Part shown: positions 47,539-57,649 of the stretch, one piece after another
How the letters are laid out: every line of letters starts with the position of its first letter
Position numbering within the stretch: the stretch's first letter is position 1
From: Longimicrobiales bacterium
Lineage (GTDB): Bacteria > Gemmatimonadota > Gemmatimonadetes > Longimicrobiales > Gaopeijiaceae
Assembly (NCBI GenBank): GCA_965202805.1
Contig: OZ241869.1
Coordinates: 64,001 to 128,000 of the forward strand
Direction: 5' to 3'
DNA length: 64,000 nt
Position numbers and translations under genes: made by a program
The notes under the pieces: model-generated
What the model was told of the DNA's origin: nothing
Database searches by the model: none
The model's input: only the letters and a program-made list of their open reading frames with translations

Positions 47539-50289
47539 ATGATCAGGCGAATATTGAAGCGTGTTTTCTCTCTCGCGGCCCTCGTCCTCTGGTCCGCGGG
47601 AGCGCTGTCGGCCCAGGGCGCATTGGAGGGAGATGTGCGGGATGCGGCGACCGGGCGTGCACTGGCCGGGGTCCAGATCTCCCTGCCTCAAGTGGGAACG
47701 GGGGGCATCACCGACGCCGAAGGCCACTACCGGCTCGAGGGCATTCCGGCCGGCGCCCAGGGGGTGGAGATCCGTCTCATCGGATACCACACGGAACGTC
47801 GCGACGTGGTCATCGACGACGGGATGACGACGCAGCTCGACATGCTCCTGGCAGAGGAGGCCATCGCCCTGGAGGGGGTGGTCGCGATCGGCACCCGGGC
47901 CCGGCCGCGCACCGTCACCGAGTCCATGGTGCCCATCGACGCCATCCCCCCTGCGGATTTCGTCGATCAGGGCGACACCGACGTGGCCGACCTGCTGCGG
48001 ACCGTGGTGCCTTCCTACAACATCAACCCGCAGGCCACCGGCGACGCGGCCAAGATCATCCGCCCGGCCAACCTGCGCGGGCTGGCGCCCGACCACACGC
48101 TGGTACTGGTCAACGGAAAGCGGCGGCACCGCGCGGCTGCCATCCTCTGGATCGGCAACGGCACTTCCGACGGCGCCCAGGGGCCGGACCTGTCGAGTAT
48201 CCCGGCCATCGCCCTGCGCCAGGCGGAGGTGCTGAGGGACGGAGCCTCCGCCCAGTACGGCTCGGACGCGATCGCCGGGGTCATGAACTTCCAGCTGAGG
48301 AACGATCGCTCCGGCGGTGCCATCGACGTGCGCGGCGGAGGATTCGCGGACGGAGGAGGCGAGTCCTACACGGTGTCCGGCAACATCGGGCTGCCGCTGG
48401 GCGCGTTCGGTTTCGCGAACCTGAGCGCGGAGTACGGGAACTCGGACGCGACCAGCCGCAGCGTGCAGCGCTCCGACGCCGCCCTTCTCACGTCGGTGGG
48501 GAACACCCACGTGCGCGATCCCGCCCAGATCTGGGGTTCCCCGAAGATCGAGGACGATTTGAAGCTGTGGGGCAACTTCGGCCACCTGCTGCGCGGCGGC
48601 ACGCAGCTCTACGCCCACGCCAACTACGCTCGCGAACGGGTCACGGGCGGCTTCTTTTTCCGCAATCCCAACACGCGCGCGGCCGTATTCAGCATCGACG
48701 GGGGCGAGACGCTCCTCATCGGAGATGCGCTCGACGCGCAGGACGGCGTGCTGGACGGGTCGGCGGGATGTCCCACCGTCCGGGTGAACGACGGGTTGCC
48801 GGACCAGGCCGCGCTCGCCCGGGTCATGGCCGACCCGAACTGCTTCACCTTCCAGAAGAGGTTTCCCGGCGGGTTCACGCCCCAGTTCGGAGGCGACGTG
48901 ACCGATGCCTCCGTGGTCGCCGGGGTCAAGGGCCAGACCGCGGGCGGACTGCTCTGGGACGCGAGCGCCAGCTACGGCGCCAACGAGGTGGATTTCTTCA
49001 TCTTCAACACCGTCAACGCCTCGCTGGGACCCGCGACGCCCGACGAGTTCGACCCGGGTCTCTACCGGCAGGCGGAAGTCAACGTCAACGTCGATCTGGG
49101 ATACGCCGCAAGCGACATGGTCAACCTCGCCGGCGGCGCCGAGTGGCGCGACGAGCACTTCACCATCGGTCTGGGTCAGGAGGAATCGTGGGTTATCGGG
49201 CCCTACGCGGCGCAGGGGTTCAGCGCGGGCTCCAACGGGTTTCCCGGCTTCAGCCCGATCGCTGCGGGGGACTGGCACCGCGCCAACTACGCGTTCTACG
49301 GCGACGCGGAGGTGCTGGACCCGGCGGAGGGCCGCTGGAACCTGGGAGGGGCTCTTCGCTTCGAGAACTTCGAGGACTTCGGGGCCACCGTGAACGGGAA
49401 GCTCGCCGCCCGCTACGCGTTGGTGGAGGGAGTCGCGCTGCGCGGCAGCCTGAGCACCGGCTTCCGGGCGCCCACCCCCGGCCAGCAGAACGCCTTCAAC
49501 GTGTCGACCCAGTTCAACCGCGAGCTGCGCGACCTGGTCAACAACGGCACCATCCCCTCGACTTCGAGGGTCGCCCAGCTGCGCGGCGGCGAGCCCCTGG
49601 ACGCGGAAAAGTCGCGCAACCTGGCGCTGGGGGCCGTGATCGGTGCGGGTCGATTCCAGCTTACCGCGGACTACTTCCACGTGCGCGTATCCGACCGCCT
49701 GGCGCTCACTCAGACCTTCGAGCTGAGAGAGGCGGAGAAGGCCCAGCTGGTCGCGGAGGGCATCTCGAGCGCGACGAACCTGCAGAACTTCCGCTTCTTC
49801 ACCAACGATTTCCGCACGCGCACGCAGGGCGTCGACATCGTCGCGACCTGGACGCCGCCCTCGTCAAGCGATACGGAGCTCAGCCTGGCCTTCAATCACA
49901 CCGATACCCGCATCACCCGGTACGATCCCGATGTGGTGAACGACACCCGCATCCGGCAGCTCGAGGAGGGGCTCCCGAGGTACCGCTGGCTGGTCACCGG
50001 CAAGCATGCCCTCGGCGGCGTGCGCCTGCTGGCGCGGCTCAGTTACTACGACGGCTGGTTCGACTCCAGAGACGACACATCCTACGGAGGCGACCATCTG
50101 GTCGACCTGGAGGCGTCGTATTCGCTGAACGAGTCCGCAACGGTGACGATCGGGGGCCAGAACGCGCTCAACAACTATCCGCAGGAGAATCCCAACGCGA
50201 TCTTCTCGGGCAATCGATACGGTCCCAATTCGCCGTTCGGGTCGAACGGCGGCTTCTATTACCTCCGATTCGGATATCGGTGGGAATAA
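47539..50289 (+). CDS. TonB-dependent receptor
   Basis: Signal peptide; LRGLAPDHTLVLVNGKRRH, AQYGSDAIAGVMN, STGFRAP, C-terminal YYLRFGYRWE. Confidence 0.93.
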   Translation: MIRRILKRVFSLAALVLWSAGALSAQGALEGDVRDAATGRALAGVQISLPQVGTGGITDAEGHYRLEGIPAGAQGVEIRLIGYHTERRDVVIDDGMTTQLDMLLAEEAIALEGVVAIGTRARPRTVTESMVPIDAIPPADFVDQGDTDVADLLRTVVPSYNINPQATGDAAKIIRPANLRGLAPDHTLVLVNGKRRHRAAAILWIGNGTSDGAQGPDLSSIPAIALRQAEVLRDGASAQYGSDAIAGVMNFQLRNDRSGGAIDVRGGGFADGGGESYTVSGNIGLPLGAFGFANLSAEYGNSDATSRSVQRSDAALLTSVGNTHVRDPAQIWGSPKIEDDLKLWGNFGHLLRGGTQLYAHANYARERVTGGFFFRNPNTRAAVFSIDGGETLLIGDALDAQDGVLDGSAGCPTVRVNDGLPDQAALARVMADPNCFTFQKRFPGGFTPQFGGDVTDASVVAGVKGQTAGGLLWDASASYGANEVDFFIFNTVNASLGPATPDEFDPGLYRQAEVNVNVDLGYAASDMVNLAGGAEWRDEHFTIGLGQEESWVIGPYAAQGFSAGSNGFPGFSPIAAGDWHRANYAFYGDAEVLDPAEGRWNLGGALRFENFEDFGATVNGKLAARYALVEGVALRGSLSTGFRAPTPGQQNAFNVSTQFNRELRDLVNNGTIPSTSRVAQLRGGEPLDAEKSRNLALGAVIGAGRFQLTADYFHVRVSDRLALTQTFELREAEKAQLVAEGISSATNLQNFRFFTNDFRTRTQGVDIVATWTPPSSSDTELSLAFNHTDTRITRYDPDVVNDTRIRQLEEGLPRYRWLVTGKHALGGVRLLARLSYYDGWFDSRDDTSYGGDHLVDLEASYSLNESATVTIGGQNALNNYPQENPNAIFSGNRYGPNSPFGSNGGFYYLRFGYRWE

Positions 50290-50309
50290 CGCCGGAAGGC
50301 TGGAGTCTG

Positions 50310-51074
50310 ATGAACGATTTGATTGATCTGCGCGGAAGGAACGCCCTGGTCACGGGAGCTTCGCGCGGCGTCGGAATGGCGGTCGCGCTGCAGTTGGCGC
50401 GGGCCGGAGCAGCCGTCGGCCTCGCGTACCGGAGCCGCCGCAACGAGGCGGAGGCCGTGGCGGAAGAAGTGCGGGCATGCGGCGTGCGTGCGTGGACCGA
50501 GGGTGGCGATCTGTCCCGGCCGGAAGCGGTCGACGCCCTGTTCGCGCGGGCGGCGCGGGAGTTCGACGGTCTCGACATCTTCGTCGGCAACCACGGGATC
50601 TGGCCGACCGCCGATACCCCCGTGGCGGAAATCAGCGACGAGCGCTGGCACGAGACCATGGGGGCCGACCTGCACTCGGTGTTCTACACCTGCCGCGCCG
50701 CCGCGCGCGTTCTGCGGGCTGACGGCCGGCTCGTGCTGATCGGGAGTACGGCCGGGCAGCGGGGGGAGGCGTATCACGCCGACTACGCGGCCGCCAAGGG
50801 CGCAATGGGCTCGTTCGTGAAGAGCTTCTGCATCGAGCTCGCGCCGCGGGGCATCACGGTAAACTGCGTCGCGCCGGGTTGGGTCGACACGGAGATGTCG
50901 GCCGCCGCCTTCCGCAACGGTGGCCGGGAGCGGATCGCCGCCTCCATACCGATCGGGCGCATCGCGACCGCCGAGGACGTGGCGGGCCCCGTAGTCTTCC
51001 TCTGCTCCGAGCTGGGCCGGCACGTCACCGGCGAGATCCTGAACGTCAACGGCGGGGCGGTGCTGGCGGGGTAG
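50310..51074 (+). CDS. SDR family oxidoreductase (FabG-like)
   Basis: TGASRGVG, YAAAKG, VAPGWVDT, VNGG. Confidence 0.9.
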   Translation: MNDLIDLRGRNALVTGASRGVGMAVALQLARAGAAVGLAYRSRRNEAEAVAEEVRACGVRAWTEGGDLSRPEAVDALFARAAREFDGLDIFVGNHGIWPTADTPVAEISDERWHETMGADLHSVFYTCRAAARVLRADGRLVLIGSTAGQRGEAYHADYAAAKGAMGSFVKSFCIELAPRGITVNCVAPGWVDTEMSAAAFRNGGRERIAASIPIGRIATAEDVAGPVVFLCSELGRHVTGEILNVNGGAVLAG

Positions 51075-51264
51075 CGGCGGCCCATGGGCGATTCCTGGTG
51101 CCGGACCGCGCTCAACGCCCGCAGCCGGAGCTGCATGCGCGCGAGCTTGACATCCCCTCCCTGGCGCGCATTTGTTCCATGCCCGATCGGCCCGCCAGGG
51201 ACTTCGCCCGCGAGGTCCCGACCTGGGCGATGCCGCACTGGACCGATGGACTGAAGGAAGACCG

Positions 51265-51672
51265 ATGACTACGAAGCACGCAGGCTCGACGGATCCGGCG
51301 CGGCGCTACGGCTATGCAGCCGCGCGGGTCATGCTGGCGGCGATCTTCCTGCTCACCGGCTGGGACAAGCTGGCGGACAGGCAGGACGCGGCGGCCGACA
51401 TCGCGGAGGTGGGCCTGCCTGCCCCGGTGCTGCTGGCGGTTGTGGCGGGAGTCGTGGAACTGGTGTGCGGGGCGCTGCTCGCCGTGGGCTGGAGGGCGGC
51501 GTGGGCGGCGGGCGGCCTGTTGCTGTTCCTGCTCCCGGTGACGGTGCTGCTCGAAAACCCGCTGTCGGCGACCGCCGATTTCGGCACGCTGATCGACTTC
51601 CTCAAGAATCTCGCGATCATCGGCGGCCTGCTGATGGTTGTGCTGTGGGAGCGCGGACGAGACGCCCGCTGA
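51265..51672 (+). CDS. DoxX family membrane protein
   Basis: ARVMLAAIFL, GWDK, VELVCG, FLKNLAIIGGLL. Confidence 0.85.
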   Translation: MTTKHAGSTDPARRYGYAAARVMLAAIFLLTGWDKLADRQDAAADIAEVGLPAPVLLAVVAGVVELVCGALLAVGWRAAWAAGGLLLFLLPVTVLLENPLSATADFGTLIDFLKNLAIIGGLLMVVLWERGRDAR

Positions 51673-51703
51673 CCTCAGGCTCACCTCGTCGCCTCACTCC
51701 ACC

Positions 51704-53068
51704 TCAGAAGAACCGCCGGCCCCGGCCGCTCCCCATCCTCGGGTTCACGACGTTGTTGGTCACCGATCCGAACGTGAAGCTGAACCCGACCTCGAACTCG
51801 AACTCGAAGTCCGTGCCCAGTTGCCGGCGCTGGAGCAGCACGTCCTCGTCCGCGATGTCCTCGCGGGGGACGTAGAGCTGGTCCTTGACGCGCGCCACGC
51901 CTCCCGAGACGCTCAGGTTCAGCCCCCGCGCGATCCGGTACTCGACGCGCCCGAAGAGGTCGATGCGGTGCAGCGACGGGTCGTGCAGGAACGTCGACGC
52001 CTCGAGCGCGCTGTTGATCTCGCCCCAGGGCTGCTGGAACCGCGCCGCGATTTCGAGGCGCTGCTCGGCGTGGGTCTCCCCGGTCCTGTCGAAGAGCGTG
52101 ACCTCCTCGTAGTCGAACGAGGCGAGGCCGAGCGAGTACAGCGCGGTGATCTGCCGGCGCGTGGACTCCGCGTAGGGGAACAGGCTGTACTGGACGGCGG
52201 GCGCGGCCCGGATCGCGAGATCCTGGTTCACGTGGGTGGAGGTGAGCGCGGACGCGCGGGCTCCGGCGGACCAGTGGGGTCCGAGGCTCCAGACGATCAG
52301 CCCCTGGTGGTTGATGCTTCTGGACGTGCTGGTCAGCATCGTGCCGTCGCTGAACTCGAACTGGTCCCGCTCCCAGCGGCCATCGGAGCTGAGGTCGATC
52401 TTGAGGCTCTCGGTGGTCCGGCTCGCCGAGAGCGACCCGTCGAAGGACCGGGAACTCCGGCGGCTCTCCCCCTCCCATTCCGCTCCGACGCTGGTGCGGA
52501 ACACCCACAGGTTCCATGGATCGTCCGTCGCCGCCGCCTGTTGTGTGGCTCCCGCCGCCGGCGCGGCGTATCGGACGTCCAGGAGCGGCGCCGCGACGGT
52601 TCCTCCCACGTGGGGGACGAGCCCGCGCTTGAAGGCGCGCGTCAGGCCCTCGCGCACCTCGTCGTCGGTGTCGCCCTGGGCGGACACGAAACGAAGCGTG
52701 TCCGTGGGTCCGGCCCGCTCTCCGAGACCCAGGAAGAACAGCTCCCAGGCCTCGCCGCCGCCGCCGGTATCCTGCGAGGTCACCAGGACGTGCAGCTCGG
52801 CGTCGGTCCGGTCGCGCACGTAGTCGACGAACGGCGCCTCTCGGCGGAAATGGTCGAAGTCGCAGCGCTCGCAGTCGAAGAACACCCGCAGCAGGTTGCC
52901 GCTGTCCCCGCCGCCGTTCTGCTCCTGTGCCGCCGCCCCCGCCGCCCCCGCCATGATGGCCGCGCAGGCGACGCCCGCGCGGAGAAGGATTCGCGTCTGC
53001 AACGCACGTGCGAAGACCGCCTTCCCGGCGGCCGTCCCCCCGCTGATCCGCCTGCCTCTGGACTCCAT
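51704..53068 (-). CDS. Hypothetical secreted / outer-membrane beta-barrel-like protein; start uncertain
   Basis: LRVFFDCERCDFD, DPWNLWVF, alternating beta-strand pattern, FGSVTNNVVNPR. Confidence 0.7.
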   Translation of the reverse strand: MESRGRRISGGTAAGKAVFARALQTRILLRAGVACAAIMAGAAGAAAQEQNGGGDSGNLLRVFFDCERCDFDHFRREAPFVDYVRDRTDAELHVLVTSQDTGGGGEAWELFFLGLGERAGPTDTLRFVSAQGDTDDEVREGLTRAFKRGLVPHVGGTVAAPLLDVRYAAPAAGATQQAAATDDPWNLWVFRTSVGAEWEGESRRSSRSFDGSLSASRTTESLKIDLSSDGRWERDQFEFSDGTMLTSTSRSINHQGLIVWSLGPHWSAGARASALTSTHVNQDLAIRAAPAVQYSLFPYAESTRRQITALYSLGLASFDYEEVTLFDRTGETHAEQRLEIAARFQQPWGEINSALEASTFLHDPSLHRIDLFGRVEYRIARGLNLSVSGGVARVKDQLYVPREDIADEDVLLQRRQLGTDFEFEFEVGFSFTFGSVTNNVVNPRMGSGRGRRFF

Positions 53069-53303
53069 TTTCGGCTCCTCGCTGTACGTGGACTCGTTCG
53101 AGTCCCGTAACCTGGCGGAGCCGCGGCGCCGAGTGGTGGAGCCGGGGTCAGCCTATTGTCAGGAAGTTGTCGGGGCCTTCCGCGGAGCCTGCCGGAGCCG
53201 GTTCCGCCGCTCAACACACGCGCGCCACAAGGAGCTGTCCGGCTCGTGCCGGAGCCGTGGTTTTTCCTATCTTGGGTCCATGCCGCTTCCAGCCTTTGCG
53301 CCA

Positions 53304-55937
53304 ATGCCCCTCGCGTTGCCGCGCCCGATCCGCGCGCTCCTCTGCGTCGCCGTATTGTTCTCCTGCGGCGACGGTCCGGCGGGCCCGCCCCCGGGAATCC
53401 CCGCCGTCCTGGCGATCTCTCCGGCCGACCTGACGCTGACCGCCATCGGCCAGACCCGGCAGCTGCAGGCGGAGGTCGTGGACCACTACGGTGATCCGGT
53501 GTCCGGCCAGAGGGTGGCGTGGACGAGCGACCGGCCGGGGACGGTCATGGTCGATTTCGGCACCGGGGTCGTCACGGCGGTCGCGGCAGGGACGGCCACC
53601 GTGACCGCCGCCTCCGGCACGCTCAGCGCGAGGCTCCGGGTGACCGTGGCCCAGGAGCCGGGTGCGATCGAAAAGGTGGCCGGCGACCTTCAGGCGGGCT
53701 TCATCGGCGAGCCGCTCCCGCTTGCGGCCGTCGTGCGCGTGACGGATGCCAACGGCCATCCCGCCGGGCTGGTCCAGGTACTGTTTTCCGTGACCGCGGG
53801 AGGCGGTTCCGCGGCGCCGGTGTCGGCCGTCACCAATTCGGCCGGCCTCGCCCAGACCACCTGGACGCTGGGAACGGCCGCCGAGCACGCGCTGGCCGCC
53901 ACCGCCGGCAACGTCACCGCGGAGTTCCAGGCAAGCGCGGATCGGCTGCCGCTGACCATCGAAACCGACTCGCTCGCGCGGGCACGGCTCACGCTCCCGT
54001 ACTTTGCCCGCCTGCGCGCCCGCGGCGGTTCCACCCGGGGCTATGAGTGGAGCCTCGGCGAGGGGAGCAGTCTGCCCGCGGGGCTCCGGCTCGATTCCCG
54101 CGGGGCCATCCGCGGCGTGCCGGAGGATACCGCCACCGTTGTCCTCGAGATGAGGCTCGCCGACTCGGAGGGCGGGGAGGCGGTTCGCGAGTTCACGTTG
54201 CGCGCATGTGATGCTCCGCTGGGGCTTGCAATGGGTGAAGTGCGCATTCTGGAAGCGGACGCGATCCACGGATGCGGCTTCTACGTGCGAGCTCCCCAGG
54301 CGGGCGCCTACTACCGGGTCACGCTGGCGGGAACCGATGGCGACAACACCGCGATCATGCCGGTGGCGCTGCACGTCGAGGCCGATACCGCGGGTGGGCG
54401 GGCCACAGCCGCCGCGGCGCCACGGCCGGTCGTGCACGGAGCCTCCGCCGCGCGGGCGTTCCGCCGGGCCCTCCCGGCCCGTGAACTGCAGGAGATCCAG
54501 GAGATCGAGCGCGCCAACGCGGCCCTCCATCAGGAGATTCGGCGGCAGGAAGATGAGCTGTTCTCGCGCCTGGCGAGGGAGGGACGGCTGGAGGTCCTGC
54601 CCGACCGCGCCTTCGAGGTCCGCGGGGCGATGGCCGCCGATGCGGGGCCCAGTCCGCCGACGCGCGTGTTCCGTCTGTACAACCCCACCGCCGAGGGAGG
54701 GGAGCGCTGTGACACCTACACCACCCTGAGCGCCCGCCTGGTTGCGGAGAGCAGCCACATCGCCGTCTACGAGGACGCGGAAGAGGCGACGGGCATCTCC
54801 AGGGCCAACGCCGACCGCATCCTCGCCTTCTACGACGCCTTCGGGGCCCCCGTAATCGAGCGCTACTTCGGCGGCACGAGCGACGTCAACGGCGATGGCC
54901 GGGTCGTCGTGGTGGTGGATCCGGCGCTCAACGGCATCCGGGCGTTCGTATGGGGAGGAGACCATACCCTCCGCCGCGAGACGTGCGCCTCCTCCAACGA
55001 GATGGAACTGGTGCGCATGAGCGCCGGCGCCTTCGCGCAACTCGACAGCGAGCGCTACTGGGCCTTCGGCGGGCTCGTACACGAAGTCAAGCACGTCAGC
55101 TCGCTCTACAAGCGGGTGCGGCATTCCCTGGGCGTAGCGGGTGAGGAGCGTCCCGACTTCCATCCGACCTGGATCGAGGAGGGCACGGCCGAGATCGCCA
55201 AGGAAATGAGCTCGCGCCTGGCGTGGCAGGGTGCAGGGGGCCCGGCTGTCAACGACCGGGTGACCGGCGAGATGCTCGAGGCGGGGATCAGCGGATCGTA
55301 TCCGGAAGTGTACGGGATCGTGAATCTGATCGGCCGCACCGCATCCGCCTTTGCCTGGTTCACCGATCGTCCCAACGCGGTCACGTTCAGACCGCGGGAC
55401 CGGGGCAACGTGTACGGGAGCGGCTGGCACTATCACCGCTTCCTGCGCGACTGGTTCGGCACGGCCGGCGCCTCGCCCGCCCGGGACGCGGCCTTCGTCA
55501 CCGTGCTGAACGACTCGCTCACCGCCCCGGGTCTGTCGGGCATCGAGAGCGTCAGCGGTCTGACATTCGGCGATCTGCTGACCCGGCACGCGGTGGCCAT
55601 GACCGTGGCGGGGGCCGAGGACAGCCTGCTGGAAGGCGTGCCGCGCTTCTCGTCCTATGACTTTCCGGAAGTCGGAGAGTTCGCCTCCTCTCTGAACGCC
55701 CCCGGGCACTACCCGTGGCCGGTGACCCGCACCGGATCATCCGACGATACGGCGATCCTCTGGGCGGACTTCGCGGTGAGCCGCCCGTTCCGGGGCGAAC
55801 TGACCGGAAGCGGCGTGCGCTTCCACGACTTCCGCGCAGCGGAGAGAGGCGCGAGCACGACGTTCCTCGTCGAGGTGGGAGCACAGGATTTCGAGGTTCG
55901 CGTGATCGTGGCCCGGATCCCGGATCCGGCGGGCTGA
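53304..55937 (+). CDS. Large lipoprotein with Ig-like domains and a C-terminal zinc-metallopeptidase-like domain
   Basis: Lipobox LFSC; Big-type segments (GVVTAVAAGTATVTA; TNSAGLAQTTWTLG; LPAGLRLD); DVNGDGRV; HEVKH and WIEEGTAE. Confidence 0.75.
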   Translation: MPLALPRPIRALLCVAVLFSCGDGPAGPPPGIPAVLAISPADLTLTAIGQTRQLQAEVVDHYGDPVSGQRVAWTSDRPGTVMVDFGTGVVTAVAAGTATVTAASGTLSARLRVTVAQEPGAIEKVAGDLQAGFIGEPLPLAAVVRVTDANGHPAGLVQVLFSVTAGGGSAAPVSAVTNSAGLAQTTWTLGTAAEHALAATAGNVTAEFQASADRLPLTIETDSLARARLTLPYFARLRARGGSTRGYEWSLGEGSSLPAGLRLDSRGAIRGVPEDTATVVLEMRLADSEGGEAVREFTLRACDAPLGLAMGEVRILEADAIHGCGFYVRAPQAGAYYRVTLAGTDGDNTAIMPVALHVEADTAGGRATAAAAPRPVVHGASAARAFRRALPARELQEIQEIERANAALHQEIRRQEDELFSRLAREGRLEVLPDRAFEVRGAMAADAGPSPPTRVFRLYNPTAEGGERCDTYTTLSARLVAESSHIAVYEDAEEATGISRANADRILAFYDAFGAPVIERYFGGTSDVNGDGRVVVVVDPALNGIRAFVWGGDHTLRRETCASSNEMELVRMSAGAFAQLDSERYWAFGGLVHEVKHVSSLYKRVRHSLGVAGEERPDFHPTWIEEGTAEIAKEMSSRLAWQGAGGPAVNDRVTGEMLEAGISGSYPEVYGIVNLIGRTASAFAWFTDRPNAVTFRPRDRGNVYGSGWHYHRFLRDWFGTAGASPARDAAFVTVLNDSLTAPGLSGIESVSGLTFGDLLTRHAVAMTVAGAEDSLLEGVPRFSSYDFPEVGEFASSLNAPGHYPWPVTRTGSSDDTAILWADFAVSRPFRGELTGSGVRFHDFRAAERGASTTFLVEVGAQDFEVRVIVARIPDPAG

Positions 55938-55961
55938 AGAGCCGGGTCGGATGCCGGGGCC

Positions 55962-57290
55962 CTACCGCCGGCCCGCCGCCACCATCCGGACGATCCTGGT
56001 GGGCGGACCATCGATGTCGCGGGTGGTGCCGTCGATGGCCAGGTAGATCAGTCCCCGGGGGCCCTGGCGAACATCGCGGATGCGGCCGATATCCTGAAGC
56101 AGTGTTTCCTCGCGGACGACCCGCCGCTGGTCTAGGCGCAGCCGGACCAGGCGCTGGCCGCGCAGGCCGCCGACGAGCACGTCGCCGTGCCATTCGGGGA
56201 ACGCCTCGCCCGTGTAGAAGAGCATCCCCGATACGCCGATCGAGGGAACCCAGACGTGCACCGGTTGCCGCATGGCCTCGTGCTGCGTGGCCGCGTGGAT
56301 CTGGAGACCGGTTCGGTAGTGGACGCCGTAGCCGACAACGGGCCAGCCGTAGTTGCGACCGCCCTCGATCAGGTTGAGTTCGTCTCCGCCCTGCGGCCCG
56401 TGTTCGTTCTGCCACAGGTCGCCGGTCTCGGGGTCGACGGCCATCCCCTGGGCGTTGCGATGGCCGTAGCTCCAGATTTCCGGGCGCGCGCCCTCCACGT
56501 CGACGAACGGGTTGTCGGCGGGAATCCGGCCATCGTCATGAATCCGGATTGTGGTTCCGTTGTGATTCGAGAGGTCCTGGGCGGGGTGCGCCGCCAGATC
56601 GCCCACGGAGGGCCACTGGCGGTCTCCCAGCGTCATGAAGAGGTACCCGTCGTCGTCGAACGCGAGTCGCCCTCCCCACATGGAGCTGCGATTGGTTCCG
56701 TTCCCCGGCGCATCCGCGTGAAACAGCTCCTCGACCTCTGTCAGCCGGTCGTCGGCGAACCGGCCGCGCGCGATCGCGATGTTGCCCAGCGAATCGGGGC
56801 CGGGCCTCGTGTAGCTGAGGTAGAGAAGACGGTTTGCGGCAAAGTCCGGATGGAGGACGACGTCGCGCAGGCCGGCCTGCTCGAATCCGTCCATGGATCG
56901 CGCCCCGCGTCCGAGAGCGCGGATCTCGGGCAATCCGTCCACGGAATCGGGCAGAAGTATCCCGTTTCGAACGATGCGGAGTCGGCCCGGACGCTCCGTC
57001 ACCAGCAGATCGCCCTCCGGCGTGAAGGCCATGGCAAACGGGCGGACCAGGCCGTCGGCGACCTCCTCGACCCGGAAGTCGTGGAAGGCGGTTTGCACGA
57101 TGGCGGGGTCGGTGGAGGACGGCGCTTCGGAGGACGGAGTGCAGGCGGCCAGCAGGCCCAGGAGTCCGTGGATGAGTCGGCGCGAGCACGGAGGGCGGCG
57201 AGGCACCGGGCTGGAAAGGCTGGAGGTGGCGCAAATCACGGCAAGGAGGATGCGGTTTGGGGGCCAGAGAGCGAAGTTGAAGGCTGTCAA
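55962..57290 (-). CDS. PQQ-dependent sugar dehydrogenase (glucose/sorbosone dehydrogenase family); start uncertain
   Basis: LVTERPGRL, HPDF, GGRLAF, WSYGHRNAQG, EHGPQGGDELN, NYGWP, GRIRDVRQGP. Confidence 0.9.
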   Translation of the reverse strand: MTAFNFALWPPNRILLAVICATSSLSSPVPRRPPCSRRLIHGLLGLLAACTPSSEAPSSTDPAIVQTAFHDFRVEEVADGLVRPFAMAFTPEGDLLVTERPGRLRIVRNGILLPDSVDGLPEIRALGRGARSMDGFEQAGLRDVVLHPDFAANRLLYLSYTRPGPDSLGNIAIARGRFADDRLTEVEELFHADAPGNGTNRSSMWGGRLAFDDDGYLFMTLGDRQWPSVGDLAAHPAQDLSNHNGTTIRIHDDGRIPADNPFVDVEGARPEIWSYGHRNAQGMAVDPETGDLWQNEHGPQGGDELNLIEGGRNYGWPVVGYGVHYRTGLQIHAATQHEAMRQPVHVWVPSIGVSGMLFYTGEAFPEWHGDVLVGGLRGQRLVRLRLDQRRVVREETLLQDIGRIRDVRQGPRGLIYLAIDGTTRDIDGPPTRIVRMVAAGRR

Positions 57291-57467
57291 ACTAGAGACG
57301 ATCCGGGGGCGGGGCGACCTGACCGGTCACTCCCCATGTAGCACGCCCCGGCGATCCGGCGCGCAAGTAGCGTCGAACCCGGTTATTCGGTAGAGTCCAT
57401 GGACCCACGAATCTCCACCCGATCCGAACCGCTCAGGCGGTAACCCAAGTCGCCAGGGAGGTCTGTT

Positions 57468-57644
57468 GTGGACCTGCAATGCATGGCGGTGTTTCGGAAA
57501 GTCCCTGAAGGCTACATCGCCTTCATCGAGGAGTTTCCCGGTGCCAACACCCAGGGTGCTTCCCTCGAAGAAGCTCGGTCAAACCTTCGCGAAGCCGTTG
57601 CCTTGGTGATCGAAGCCAACCGGGAGTGCCCCGGCCTCCAGTAA
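57468..57644 (+). CDS. Short orphan HicB-family antitoxin (58 aa, possibly 3'-truncated)
   Basis: GGAGG RBS and GTG start; manual translation MDLQCMAVFRKVPEGYIAFIEEFPGANTQGASLEEARSNLREAVALVIEANRECPGLQ*; absent from the ORF track. Confidence 0.8.
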   Translation: MDLQCMAVFRKVPEGYIAFIEEFPGANTQGASLEEARSNLREAVALVIEANRECPGLQ

Positions 57645-57649
57645 GCTAG

